A stretch of 64,000 bases of DNA from Cyanophora paradoxa CCMP329 (lineage: Eukaryota; Plantae; Glaucophyta): NCBI GenBank assembly GCA_004431415.1, contig QPMI01000017.1:434001-498000 (forward strand), written 5' to 3'. Positions 11,349-32,353 of the stretch are shown piece after piece (the stretch's first letter is position 1; each line of letters opens with the position of its first letter). A program made the position numbers and the translations under genes. Below the pieces are notes generated by a model. That model was not told the DNA's origin. It saw nothing but the letters and a program-made list of their open reading frames with translations, and ran no database searches.

Positions 11349-12862
11349 CTACACGAAGGGGGCCGGGGAGGCGGCGGGCCGGGGCCGGACGGTCTCCCGG
11401 GGCGCCACGTAGTCCTTCGGGATCCAGTTCCGCATGTTGTCTGCGCCCGGCCGCGAACGTCAGGACGGCGGGGGCTCGAGGGGCGGGGGGCGGGGGGCGC
11501 GCACAGACGGTGGGGGTGGGGGAGGAGAGGGCGGAGGGGGCCTGGGAGAGGAGCTTGCGGGCGGCCTCGGTCTGGTACGTCCACTCCGAGCTCTCGTAGA
11601 AGCGCGAGTTGTCGAGGGGCGAGAAGAAGTCGGAGATGCGGCGGGGCTTGGCCGGCTCCAGCCAGCCCCGGTGCTTCGGAAGCACCATGTCGTGGTCCTC
11701 GGGGAGGGGTACGAGCTTGCGCGGCCGGGGCACGATCGTCTTGGGACCGATGGGCGGTAGGAGCACCAGGTAGTCCTCGTCGTCCAGCATCCCCTGCACC
11801 TCCGCCGTGCTCACCCGCCCGCCCCCCGTCGCCGTCGCGGTGGCGCCCAGCGCCGGCGTGCTCCGCATGCGCGAGAGGCCGGGCGCGCCCGGCTGGCCGT
11901 GGAGCGCCGGCGTGCTCGAGGCGCGCCCGAGGCCGGCGGAGGGCGGCGGCGGGGCCTGCTGGGCCGCCTGCAGGGCGCGGGCGAGCTGCGCCATGGCGCC
12001 CTCCGCGGCGGCCTGCCGGTCGGCCATCATCGCCGCCACCAGCTCGTCCATGCGCCGCTCCAGGCTCTCCGCCGTCGCCGGCGGCCGCGAGCCGCCCGTC
12101 GCCGGCGGCCGGGAGCCGGCGGTGGGGGCGGGCGGGAGCCGGCGGTGGCGGGCGGGCGCTCGGACTCGCGCCGCGAGGCTCCTGTCGCGGGCGGCCGCGA
12201 GGATCCGGTCTTCGGCGGCTGCCGCGCCCCTCTGCCGGCGGGAGGGCGAGGGTTCGGGGGTCGGGGGCGGGGCTGCGGGGCGCGGGCGGGGCGGCGGGGC
12301 GCACGGCCTGGGCGCGCGGAGGGGGCTCGCGTCCTCCAGGCGCTTGTTCAGCTCGAGGTCGTCCCGGATGTGGTCCGTCCGCGCCGCCTCGATCAGCATC
12401 CGCTGCGCGCGGCGGCTGAGCGGCGAGCCGGGCCGCTTCCTGCGGGCGGGGCGCACCGTGCCGGCGCCGCCTGCGTCCCGGAAGTCCGCTTGCTTCAGCT
12501 TGTCCAAGAACTGCGGCCCGCGGCGCGGCGATCGGATTTCGGCCCCTGCGCCAAGCTCGGGAGCTGGCAGCCGCCAGGTGCACCTGCTTTGAGAAGGGGC
12601 TGTCCACGCCGTACCGCTCGGCATACTTGGTGTACCACTTCAGCTTAGTTCTGCAGCGGGGTCCGCACGCTTAGCTATAGCAGTTAAAGACGGCCCGAGG
12701 TCGCGGGCGCACCTCTTCTCTGAGGATACCTGGTCTTTCCAGGCTAGCATGCTTTGGAGCTGTGATAGCGTTCAATGGCGAGAAAGCTAGCCGGGCGCCG
12801 CAAGCGCGGTGAGACCGGCGATTCAAGCGCACCCAATCCTGGGCTCCTCCATCGACCCCCAT
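11349..12862 (-). CDS. Hypothetical protein, possibly ciliary; head-to-head with PRP8
   Basis: Spliced model MGVDGGAQDW|LQSMLAWKDQVSSEKR|TKLKWYTKYAERYGVDSPFSKQ|FLDKLK... ending ...PTVY|NMRNWIPKDYVAPRE...FV*. Exon joins stay in frame at GT-AG sites. Confidence 0.65.
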
Positions 12863-13022
12863 CTCCTCGCAGCGTCTATCAGGTCTCTTTTCTATTGATG
12901 CGGCAGCTGGGATCGGCTGGGTTGGGTTGCTGTATTTCGGTTCGTCTGGGTACAGGCTTCACGCCGGGATCGCCGTACTCCGGTTCGGCCGAGCGAGGGC
13001 GAAAAAGCGCTCGCTAGGCGCG
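12863..13022. promoter_or_regulatory. Putative bidirectional promoter (hypothetical gene / PRP8)
   Basis: Only 160 bp separate the divergent ATGs. Confidence 0.6.
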
Positions 13023-22125
<9,103 letters not shown>

Positions 22126-22534
22126 CCCGCCCGCCCTCTCCGGCCCGCCCCCCTGCCCCCACGCCCGCCCGGCCTCTCCCTTTCTCCCCTCGCCCGCCCC
22201 CTCTCGCGGCCCTTGGCCCTCTTCCCCGCCCCACGCGCCGCGCGACGGCGTGCGCGTACAGACCCTCTCCTCCGTAGCCTCCGCGAGCGCTGTACTATGT
22301 CGCCTCGCCCTTTTTTCCTCGAGTATAACATCTGCTAGACGGCGGCATTCCAAGCCCCAGCATGAGCAGGCCTCGGAGATGGTGTCACCGCGTCTGCTGC
22401 GGTGCTATAGCTTGTTCTACATCTGTAACAGCTGCGGTTTCGATGCGGTCTAGATCCAGGTCGGGGCAGAACAAGGAGCAGCGCGGGGCGCGGGTCGGCG
22501 GGGCAGGGCGGCTGTCACGCTGTCACGTGTGTGC

Positions 22535-24840
22535 CTAAGAGCTGGACGGGTAGCTGTTTGAAGCGGATGCCGAGGTCGGCAGCGAGGCGCCCCAGGGCCA
22601 AGGGGGCCAGGGCGAGTCCTCGTCCCAGAGCTCGCGATCGCTGGCGCTAGCGCTAGCGCTGCCGCTGGCGCCGCCGGAGGCGTCGCCGCCGCTCCCGCCG
22701 CTGCCGTCGACGTCACTGCCGGCCGAGGGGGCGCTGAGGGGCGGCGGGGCCGCCAGGAGGTTAGGCGACGCGTCCGCTGATGCGGGGAAGAAGGACGACA
22801 TCTCGTGCGCCACGGCGGCCCTGCGCGGCGCTCAGCGGCGGCAGGCAGAGCGCGGGGCGCAGAGCCGGCGCAGGCGCACCGGATCATTTCTCGGATGACA
22901 GAGGGCTCGAGCAGGGGGCCGGCTGCGAGGGGCGGCTGCTGCGACGGCGGGATCGGGGGCATGGTGCGCGGTTCGGGAACGCTGGCGGGCGCCGCGGCCG
23001 GAGCCTTGCGAGGCGGGAGGGCCGGGGCGAGGCCCGGGATTTGGGGGACGGGGGCCAAGGGTGCTGGAGCGGCAGGCGCGGCGGCGGGGGCGCGGGGCTC
23101 GGCAGGGCCCGCCGCGAGGCCCGGTGCAGGCGCCGGTGCGAGAGGCGGCGCTCTGGGCGGAGCTAAAGGTGCAAGGAAGGCTGTGGCGATGTCCGCAGGA
23201 GGGGGAGCGGCGGGGGCGGCCGCGGGGAAGCGTTGCGAGAGCTCTGCAGGCTGAGACGGTGGTCTCGCTTGCGGAGCTGAAGCACGCGCCGCGCGCTGGC
23301 CGATGCTCGACCCTGGGGCGGCGGCGGGGCGTGGAGGTGGGCCGTGGGCGGGGCCCGGCGCGCAGGCAGGGCCCCGAGAGGCGCCGGGCGGGGGACCGCG
23401 GGCGTGGCCAATCGCCGGTCCGGCCGCGGGTGCGGGGTGGAGGCCGTGCAAGGAGCGGGCCGGGGGGTACGGAAAGGGAGCAGGAGCGGGGGCGGGCCCG
23501 GGTGGGGGGATGAAGACGACGCTCGAGTTGGAGGGGTACGCAAACGCGGGAGGGGCGTGCTTGGGAGCTGCCGCGGGGCGGGGCGGGGCTTGCATGCGGT
23601 ACCCCAGGACGGCCTCAGAGAGCGCGGGGGCGGCGGCCTCCAGGAACCGCCAGCCCGCCACGATCTGGCTCGGCGACAGCACCGCGTGCACCTGCGGCGC
23701 GAAGCGCGTGAGGGGCGCTCTCGGCCCTGGCCCCCGGCGCAAGAGCGCACAGCTGGGGTGAACTCCTCGTTGAACCACGCCATGTCCTCTGCGAGGGTCG
23801 CCCCCGCCGCCTGCGCATCGCCCACCATCCCTGCAACGACTGAGCTTTGCGGGGGCAGCGTCGCCGGGTCCTTTGCACCGCGGAGGCTCTTGATGTCATC
23901 GGCGAGGCGGCCGAGGCGCTCGGCGTTCGGCTCGATCTTGCGGATCAGGATGTCGCTCTGCGCCGGGTGGAGGTTTTGGTGCAGCGGCCCGTCCGACTCG
24001 TTGATCGCCCGCAGCAGCGGGTCCGTCGGGTCTGCTCGGGGCGCGCGCGCGCGTCGGTCTCGCTGCGGGAGCGGTGGGGGCGGAGGGAGCGCACTGGCGC
24101 CCGTGCGCTTGAGGTGCATCCACGTGAGGAGGTACCATATGTGCACTTCCTGCGCCGGCGCGTCTGGAGGCTGCCGCCCGCGGCTGAGCAACCCAAAGAC
24201 GCGCACAATTTTCGTGACTGAAGGGAGGATGACAGGTAGCTGCGCGGGCGCCCGTCAGCCGAAACGCGGGCGGGGAACGCCGCGATGCGCGCGCCTCCGA
24301 GATAGCCTGAATGGCGTTCGCGTGCATCTCCTTTCGCACTGTCGGCAAGTTTAGGCGCAACCGAAACATCAGACTTGCGCAGCCGCGGGGGGCGGATGAT
24401 GTGTAGCGCACGGCTCAACACGTTGTTAATCGACGCGGCGGCAAGGTAAGGCATATTGTGATGTATCGCCTCGCGCGCGCGATGATACTCTTCGGAAGTG
24501 ACCTGTGACAGATGTGCCATCAGGTCAGACCGGATTGGAGCTCTCGGAGACTCGCGGACGTGGGAGAATTCGGACTGACCGCTGCCAGGTTCGCCTTCTG
24601 AACGCGTTCGCGCAGCTCTTCGAGCTCCTGCCGCAGCTGCACGTTCTCCACCTGGAAATGCTCGCAGAGCATCTTCTTCTTCGCTCTGCACTTCCTCGTA
24701 GCCGCGCGCCATCGCTCTTTGCGCTCCTCCTGCAGCTGATCATGATCCTCCGGATCCTCAAGCTCTTTTGCCGCGTCGAGCTCCGCGTGGCTCACGCCAT
24801 CGGCTGCGATCCCGCGCTCGCTCGCCAAATTGATCATCAT
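22535..24840 (-). CDS. bZIP transcription factor, paralog A (bZIP, helical domain, Pro-rich tail)
   Basis: ERKERWRAATRKCRAKKKMLCEHFQVENVQLRQELEELRERV gives a basic region plus zipper. Exon structure is colinear with paralog B. Start codon is tentative. Confidence 0.8.
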
Positions 24841-25094
24841 TTCTGCAACCTGCAAGAACGCTCAGAGCGGCGGGCGAATGGCGCGGCGAAGCAGGCACCG
24901 CGGCGTGTTGTCCGCTCCGTGCAGCGTATGCGGTCACTAGCTGCGGTCGAAGCGCTTCCGACGGACGGACCTGCAGGAGACGCCGGAAAGCAGGATCAAA
25001 ACTGGGAGATGCGAGCTCGAGCTGCGTCGGCCTGCATCTGCATCGAATTCGGAACGAAGCAGCGAACGCGCATGCAGGCGCTTTCGAATTGCAG

Positions 25095-25162
25095 CGCCTC
25101 GACCGCTCTAAGGTTGCTCGGTGGAACTACGCCTCGACCGCTCTAAGGTTGCTCGGTGGAAC
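25095..25162. repeat. Tandem duplication, 33-bp unit x2 (35-bp period)
   Basis: CGCCTCGACCGCTCTAAGGTTGCTCGGTGGAAC at 25095-25127 and 25130-25162. Confidence 0.9.
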
Positions 25163-25347
25163 GCTGTGTCCACGACAAAAAGGGTACACTGCAACATGCG
25201 AATTTATGTTCGAATTCGCTGCAACATGTACACATGTACACTGCAATTGCAACATGACGCACTGTGACGCCGCTGCAGCCCCGCCCGCCCTGCAGCTGGT
25301 TTGAATTTGACGTCCTTTGTTCGAGGCGCACTTTTTCTCTGATTGCG

Positions 25348-27739
25348 CTACAAGCTGCCAGTGCCGAGGTCGAGGGGCGGCTGGCCATAGGCGGGGGGAG
25401 TTCGGAGGCGCCCCAGCGACTGCAACAGTACCCCGGCGCCGGCCCCGCCGAGGTCGACGCCGACGTCTAGGTCGAGGTCGATGGCCATGGGGAGCTCGAG
25501 AGGAAGCTTCCCCGCGGCCGGCGCATCGAATGCCGCCTCCGGATCCGGTCCGAGGCCCGCCGCGGCGAGCAGCGCCTCTGGCGTCGCGGGGGCGAACCAG
25601 GCACCCGCGGGGTCGATGAGCGGCGAGCCACCGGCGCCCCAGCTAGCGCTGCCGCTCCCGCCGCTGCCCTCGCTGCCGGGCGAGAGGGCGTCCACGGGCA
25701 GCGGGGGGGCCAGGAAGTCCCACGACGGCGCGGCCGGCACGGGGAAGAAGGACGACATCTCGTGCGCCACGGCGGCCCTGCGCGGCGCTCAGCGGCGGCA
25801 GGCAGAGCGCGGGGCGCAGAGCCGGCGCAGGCGCACCGGATCATCTCTCGAATCTCGTCGGGGTCCGGCGGCGGGCCAGCTTCGGGCGGCGGCGGCTGCG
25901 ACGGCGGGGTCGGGGGGATGATGTGCTGTTCGGGGATGCTGCGGGGCGCCGCGGCCGGGGCCTTCCGAGGCGGGAGGGGCGGGGCGAGGCCCGGAAATGG
26001 CATGACGGGGACGGAGGGTGCAGGCGCGGCGGCGGGGGCACGAGGCTCGGAATGGGACTTCGCAGCGGGTGCTGCGCGAGGCGGGGCCCAGAGGGGGATG
26101 GGCGGGTCGGCGGCGAGAGCGGCGGCGGGGGAGGGCCGCGGGGCCTGCGCGCTCTGCGGCTGCGCCCTCGACCCGCCGCTCGCGCCCGCGGCCAGTCGCG
26201 GGCTGATCTCCGCCCTTGGCGCTGCGCCAAGGGCCGGGGTAGGGGGCGGCGGGCCGGACGGGAGCCGGGGGCCTCCGGAGGGGGGCGGGGCGGCGCCCAG
26301 GGCGCCCAGGGCGGGGCCGGGGTCGGCGCCGGGAAAGGCTGGAAGGGGGTACGCGCGGGACATGGGGAGGGGCGGTGCGGAGGCGGGGGCGGGCCCGAGG
26401 GAAGGGACGAACGCGAGGGTCGGGGTGGCGTGGGGGGGCGCGGACGAGGAGGGCTCGGGGGGGGAGGCCCCCGGGGGCGGGAAGGGGCCCGGGAGGCGGT
26501 AGCCGAGGACGGCCTGCTGGAGGGCGGGGGCGGCGGCCTCCAGGAAGCGCCAGCCCTGGGCCACCTGGCCCGGCTCCAGCGTCGCGTTCAGCTGCGGGGC
26601 GCCCGCGCGTCAGGGCCCCGCGGGGGGCGGGGGACGGCCCCCGCGCCCCGCACGCGCGCACCGCCGGCATGAAGTCATCGTCGAACCACGCCACGTCCTC
26701 CGCAAGCGTCGCCCCCGCCGCCCGCATCTCTTCCACCATCTCTGCCCAGCCGTGAGCCTCCGCAGAAGGGGGGGGGGGGGGGGGGGGGGGCCGAGCGACG
26801 CACCGCGGAGGCTCTGGGCGTCGGCCGCGAGGCGGCCAAGGCGGACGATGTGTGCCTCGATGTGGCGCAGGACGGTCTCCCGCTGCACCGCGTCCAGGTT
26901 CTGGTGCAGCGGCCCGTCCGACTCGTTGATCGCCCGCAGCAGCGGGTCCGTCGGGTCTGCTCGGGGGGCGCGCGCGCGTCGGCATCGCTGCGGGAGCGGT
27001 GGGGGCGGAGGGCGAGCGCGCACTGGCGCCGGAGCGCTTGATGCGGAGCCAGGTGGTCATGAACCAGACGCGGACTTCCTGCGCGCCCCCGCTCGCCGGC
27101 CGCAGCCTGCAGGCGGGCCCGGGCCGCGGCGCGCACGATTTGGGCGACCGCGGGGAGGATTTGGGAGAGCTGCGCGCACGGGCGGCTGTCAGCAGGGACG
27201 CGGGAGGGGCGGTCGCCGGGCCGCGCGCCTCCGAGACTGCGCGGCCGGCGCTCGCGTGCATCTCCTTTCGAACTAGCGGCGAGATTGGAGCGTCAGGCGC
27301 GTACTCTGCGGCCTCGGGGGGGAGGGCTCAAGGCGCACGGCTCATCACTTTGTTGATCGTCGTTGCGGAGAGGGTGCTCTGCTGTAACAGCTCGCTCGCG
27401 CGCTGCTTCAGCTGGGATTCCCCAGAAGAAAGCTGCGAAAGGCCGCCGAATGTAAGTCAGGGCCCCGGGGGTGTTGGGATTCGGACTGACCGCTGCCAGG
27501 TTCGCCTTCTGAACGCGCTCGCGCAGCTCTTCGAGCTCCTGTCGCAGCTGCACATTCTCCACCCGTAGGTGCTCGTGAATCATCTTCTTCTTCGCCCTGC
27601 ACTTTTTCGCAGCCTCCCTCGAACGCGCTTTGCGCTCCTCCTCCTCGTCCAGTTCCGATTCGGCCGTGGGTGCCGCGGCGACATCGTTGGTCTCAAATGC
27701 GTCCCTTAGCAACGCAGAGTCGTCGTGTACGTGCAGCAT
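25348..27739 (-). CDS. bZIP transcription factor, paralog B
   Basis: EEERKARSREAAKKCRAKKKMIHEHLRVENVQLRQELEELRERV. Shares PTDPLLRAINESDGPLHQNL, GATLAED.AWF, GWRFLEAAAPAL and AHEMSSFFP with paralog A. Apparent frameshift in a poly-G run at ~26768-26790. Confidence 0.82.
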
Positions 27740-28112
27740 GTCTCAGAGTCTGCGAAGCGAGCTTGCGAGGTGGGGGTCTGGATCGGCGATGGCCCGCGGG
27801 CCGGCCCGGAGGCTCCGGAGCGCGTCAGCGCCTCGGACGCCGCGAGCTAGGGCTGCAGGGCTGGCTGAGCCTGGCTCAGCTTTGCTGATCCAGAAGGCTA
27901 GTTTGCAACTCTGGCAAAAAAACGAGCCTCGCCAAATCCGGATCCCTCCCGTACCGGTAGCTGATCATGCAACCACGTTGCGAAGGGTTCGATCAAATTG
28001 TTTAAATATGCACGCATCAAATAGCGGAACGAGAGGACTCCGGGACAACCGGGAGGAGCCGAGTGGGGGGTGGGCGGCCGACAGGGCCCGGGGGTGGCGG
28101 CGCGCTGGGCGG

Positions 28113-30619
28113 TCACCAGACGATGCCGAGGGCGGCGCTGGCAGAAAGATCCTGCTTCTCCGCCGCCGCCTTCTTCGCCGCCGCCTCGAATACGTCATCA
28201 AGCACGCTCGCCCCGCCGCCTGCCCCGGCCCCGCCCCCGCCTCCTCCCGCCCCCGCCGCCGCGCTGCTGCTCACCGCTGCCGCTGCGGCGCCGCTTGCCG
28301 CATCCGCCGCCGCTGCCGCTGCCGCCATGCCCCCGCTCGATGCCGCCCTGCCCCCGCTCGCTGCTGCTCCCCCGCCGCCGCTCGCAGCGCCCGCCGCGGC
28401 TTCCCGCCCGCCGCCGCCGCTGCCGCCGCATCCCGCTCGCCGCCGCCGCCGGCGCGAGGTCGGACCCCGCGCGGAAGCTCCCGCCGACGCTGCCGTCGGC
28501 GCCGGCGCCGGCGCCGGAGAGCTTCTGCTTGCGGCGCTGGCGCTCCTCGCGCTTGCGCTCGCGCTCGGCCTCCTTCTCGCGGCGCCGCTCCCGCTCCGCC
28601 TCGCGCTCCTGCGCCCGCAGCGCCGCCGCCTGCTCGGCCGTCACCGTGAGGCCCCGCTTGCCCTGCGCCTGCTCGGGCCCCACGATGCCCAGCGCCCGCG
28701 CGACGCCCTCCGTCCCCGCCTTGAGCACGCTGTCGCGCCTCGCCCCGACGCCGCTGGACGCCGCGCGCTGCCCGGCGCCGCTCGAGGCGGCGCGCTGCCC
28801 GAGGGCACTGGGCGCGGCGGAGAGGGCCATCGACTTGACCGAGGCGGCCCCCGACGCCGCGTGCTCCAGGACCGCCCCGGGGGGCCCCCGCTCGAGCCGG
28901 GCCGCTGCTCCGCCCGCCTCCTGCCGTCCGGGTCGCGCTTGACGGCGACGAGGCCGCCGGCGCGGGCGTGCTGGAGGGGCTGCGCGCAGCAGCACGCCCG
29001 CGCGCAGGCCGTCAACGCGATGAGCCCGACGAAGCCGCAGAAGGCGGGGATCGCCGCCGCCACCACCGTCGCCGCCCCCGCGTCCACCATCGCCAGCTCC
29101 GGCGGGAAGGCTGCCGGCGGGGCGCGTCAGGGGGGAGCGCCCTCGGGGAAGACAGGGGGGGCGGGCACCGGCTGGGCGGTCGGGGTCGGCGACGGAGCAG
29201 GAGGCGGCGGAGGCGCGGATGCCCTCGCCGAGCTCGGCGTCCCCGCCGGCGGCGCGCAGGGCCGCGCAGAGCGCCGCCGCCGCGTCCGACGTGTCGTAGA
29301 AGAAGTCCCGAGGGGCGGCAGGACCCGCAGCGCCACCGCCGAGGGCCGGCACGAGCGGTCCGCCTCGCAGGCGGGGTACGGCGAGCCGGCCGAGGAAAGG
29401 AGGGAGGCGGCGGGGGTCCAGAGGGCGCGGTCGCGCGAGTCGGCGCGGGTGGCGAGGCGGCGGGCGACGGCGCGCGTCACGGCGGCCCGCGCCCGGTCGT
29501 CCAGGTACTCGTACGGCCTCGCCGGGTCCAGCGCGCCGGCGTACCCCTCGGGACGTACGTGTGGTTGGGGAGCTGGAGGGAGAGGTAGATGCCGCGCTGG
29601 ACGCCGGCCTGCCACGCCGAGTCCGCCACTGCCGCCCGCACCGTCGTCGGCGCGCGCCGCGGCGGGGCCGGCGCAGGGGCGGCGGGCGCGCACCGAGGAC
29701 GGAGAAGATGGCGAAGGCGCGGACGCGTGGCCCCTCGGGCAGGCCCGAGAAGCGCGCCCCGACGGTCTGCGCTCCGAGGGCGGCGGAGGCCGGCCCGCCG
29801 GCCGGCCACGAGACGCGGAAGGCCGACGCCGTCGCCGGCGCCTCGCCGGGAGAGAGCACCGCCACCTCGGGGGCGATGCTGTACCCCGGCGGGCAGGCCT
29901 CGCAGACGAAGGAGGCGGCGGGAGGAAGACCGGCCGCTGCGGCCGCGTCGTCGAGAGGGCCGCCGCCGTGCACGCCACCGCCTCGCCGCTCTTCACCAGC
30001 GGCGGGCACACGACGCTCGCACTCACGTCCGCCAGCCGCGTCGCCTCTGCGCGCGCGCGCCCGGCGCCCCGTGAGCGGCGGCGGGCGGCGGGGAGGGCGG
30101 GCGGCGGGGGCGGCGGGGCGCACCGTAGACGTAGAGGAGGGAGCGGGCGGTGCAGGCGGCGAGGGCGCCGGTGGCGGAGGAGCCGGCGCGGAGCTGGACC
30201 TGCAGCCTGAAGGCGCCCCCCCAGAGGGTCTCGTTGTACCAGTCCCGCGTGAAGCCGAAGCGGATCGTGTAGAGCGGGAAGGCGCCCTCATAGGTCGCCA
30301 CGCTCGGCGCCGGCGACGTCTGCGCCGCCTGGATCGACATGGAGCCGCTGCTCATGCGCTGCTCGCTCCCCGCCGCGAAGATGTCGAGCGAGAAGGGCAG
30401 CGGGTCGACGTCCCGGCGCGCGGGGCTTGCGTCCAGAGTGAAAGATATGACCCGAGGCAGCCTGGAGTTCCTAGCGTCGTCGCTGGCGGTGTCCGGAGCG
30501 GGCACCGCGACCCCGGACACATCGAAGGTGCACTGGGCTAGGCTGCCGGCCCAAGAACCGAGGAACACAACTGTAGCTATCCATGACCACGCCGCTGCGG
30601 CTGGCGCCCGGCGCGCCAT
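28113..30619 (-). CDS. Putative type I membrane protein (signal peptide, ectodomain, single TM, charged/low-complexity tail)
   Basis: MARRAPAAAAWSWIATVVFLGSWAGSLA is signal-like. TM segment VVAAAIPAFCGFVGLIALTAC is followed by a CCC cluster. Some exon joins and frames are unresolved. Confidence 0.6.
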
Positions 30620-31206
30620 CGCGTTTGCCCCAATACTCCTGGAGTCGAAGCTGACTAAGTGAGAAGAGGCCTCAAGGCTGGGGCGTTGTAAAGCTAAGCG
30701 CGGTAGGCAAACTCTGGAGAGCACACAGCCCACAGCGGGTGCTCTCAATTTGTGCAGGCCGGTTGACCAAGTTCACCCCCTCGTCCCGGGTAGAGCCAAA
30801 AAGAGAGCACCCTGCGAGCTTGGTGACAGAAGACCAGCAGAGCAGGGAGCCTGCATTTCACACTGAGCCGTCGCTCTTGGTAAGCCGGCGAGGCTCGGCG
30901 CCGTCTGCGCGGCCAGATCTTGGTCCTTGGCCTGAGAGCCTGAGATAGTGGGCGCTGAAGCCTTAGCTAAGCAGGCAGAAGTCATTGTTGGGAAGGTACG
31001 CATCCTTGAGCGCTGTTGCGGGGCTTGGCTGTGCTTGGGGGGCGTTCTCTTAGCACTGCTGCGGCGGGAGCGCATGCATATGGCCGCCTCTTTTGCTCGC
31101 TCATAGAGTTATCTGGAGCTCTCTGCTGCCAAGCAGAGGGGAACCCGCTTGACCGAAGCGCTTATCAGCCGCCGATTGCACAGGCCCCTGGCGGCGGCGG
31201 CGCGGG

Positions 31207-32087
31207 ATGAAGATCGACGAGCCGCTGTCGCCGTGGTTCCAGTTCTGGCGGCTCTTCCTCATCGGGACCTCCGTCTGTGAGGTGGCCCTCTTCTTCGCGT
31301 CGGTCGGGCGCGACGCGTGGGTCCTCGCCGGCGTCTCGGGCCCCTTCCACAGCGAGGACGTCCGCGCCGGCGTGCTCATCACCACCAAAACGCTCGGCGC
31401 CTTCCACGTCGGCAGCGACGAGTACTGCGACGCCCTCAACCGCTGCTCCGAGGCCGACCACTCGCTCTTCGGGGCGCGCGCGGCGCTGCTCGTGATCACG
31501 GGCATGTTCGGCGTGGCGAACCTCCTCGCGGAGATCTCCAAGCTCTGCGTCTCGCCCTACCGCACCGCGTTCTACCAGAAGATGTCCGCCATGGCGCTCG
31601 CCCCCCGCGTCGCCTTCAGCCTCTCCAGCTCCGTCATGCTCCTCCTCTGGGTCCGCCCCCTCTCCTCGTTTCAACTGGGCGGCTCCTGTGTGACGCGCGG
31701 CGCCGCTCGCAGGTTCCCGCCGCGATGAACGCCTGGCAGTACCGCGGGGTGTCCGTCACGCCCAAGCCCGGTCCGCCCTCCTCCCGGCTCGGCGGCCCCC
31801 GAGCCTCCGCACGCAGCCGCCCCCCTCTGACGCGGGCGGCGGCAGGCCCGTCCTACTGGATGCAGTGCGCGGCGAACCTCCTCTCGACGCTCTCGCTGCT
31901 CTTCTCGATCGGGACGATCCGGATGAAGCCGACGCGGGCGCTGCGCATCCACCCGGGCGCCGACCACGAGGACGCGCACCACGCCGACCTCCACAAGGCC
32001 CCCGCCGCCCCCGCGTCGCCCCCGGCCTCGCCGCCGCTCGGGCCGGCCGCGGCGCCGGGCGGCGGCGTCCCCCCGCAGATCGGCTAG
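31207..32087 (+). CDS. Four-TM claudin/PMP22-like membrane protein (3 exons)
   Basis: TM1 followed by W, an extracellular loop with two Cys (YCDALNRC), TM2-TM3, and 'PGPSYW' before TM4, matching claudin-superfamily topology. Confidence 0.6.
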
Positions 32088-32353
32088 CGGCCGGGGCAGC
32101 TAGAGCTGCGCAGGCCAGGTTATTGTTATTTATTTGAGCCTATTTCAATTACCGCAGTACTTGTACATGTCCAGGCGCTAGCACTGGTTTGCTGTTTGCG
32201 CGGAGCTCAAGGGGGTAGAAGATTCTGGCGGTTTACTTGCGCATGCGAGGATTCTAGCTACAACAAGCTGACGAGCTTGATCAGCCTCCAGGCACAGCGC
32301 ACGACGCAACACTGTGTGCCAGGCCGTGCTAGGCTAGCCGAGATCATCGCAGC

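Noticed and set aside
25095-25162. CRISPR-like repeat
   Set aside because: Only two 33-bp copies with a 2-nt gap, no spacers and no cas genes, in a eukaryotic context. It is a simple tandem duplication.
26765-26792. Programmed frameshift or phase variation in bZIP paralog B (similar shifts near 10200 and 28420)
   Set aside because: The shifts fall in homopolymer or GC-repeat runs where assembly indels are the simpler explanation; read evidence would be needed.
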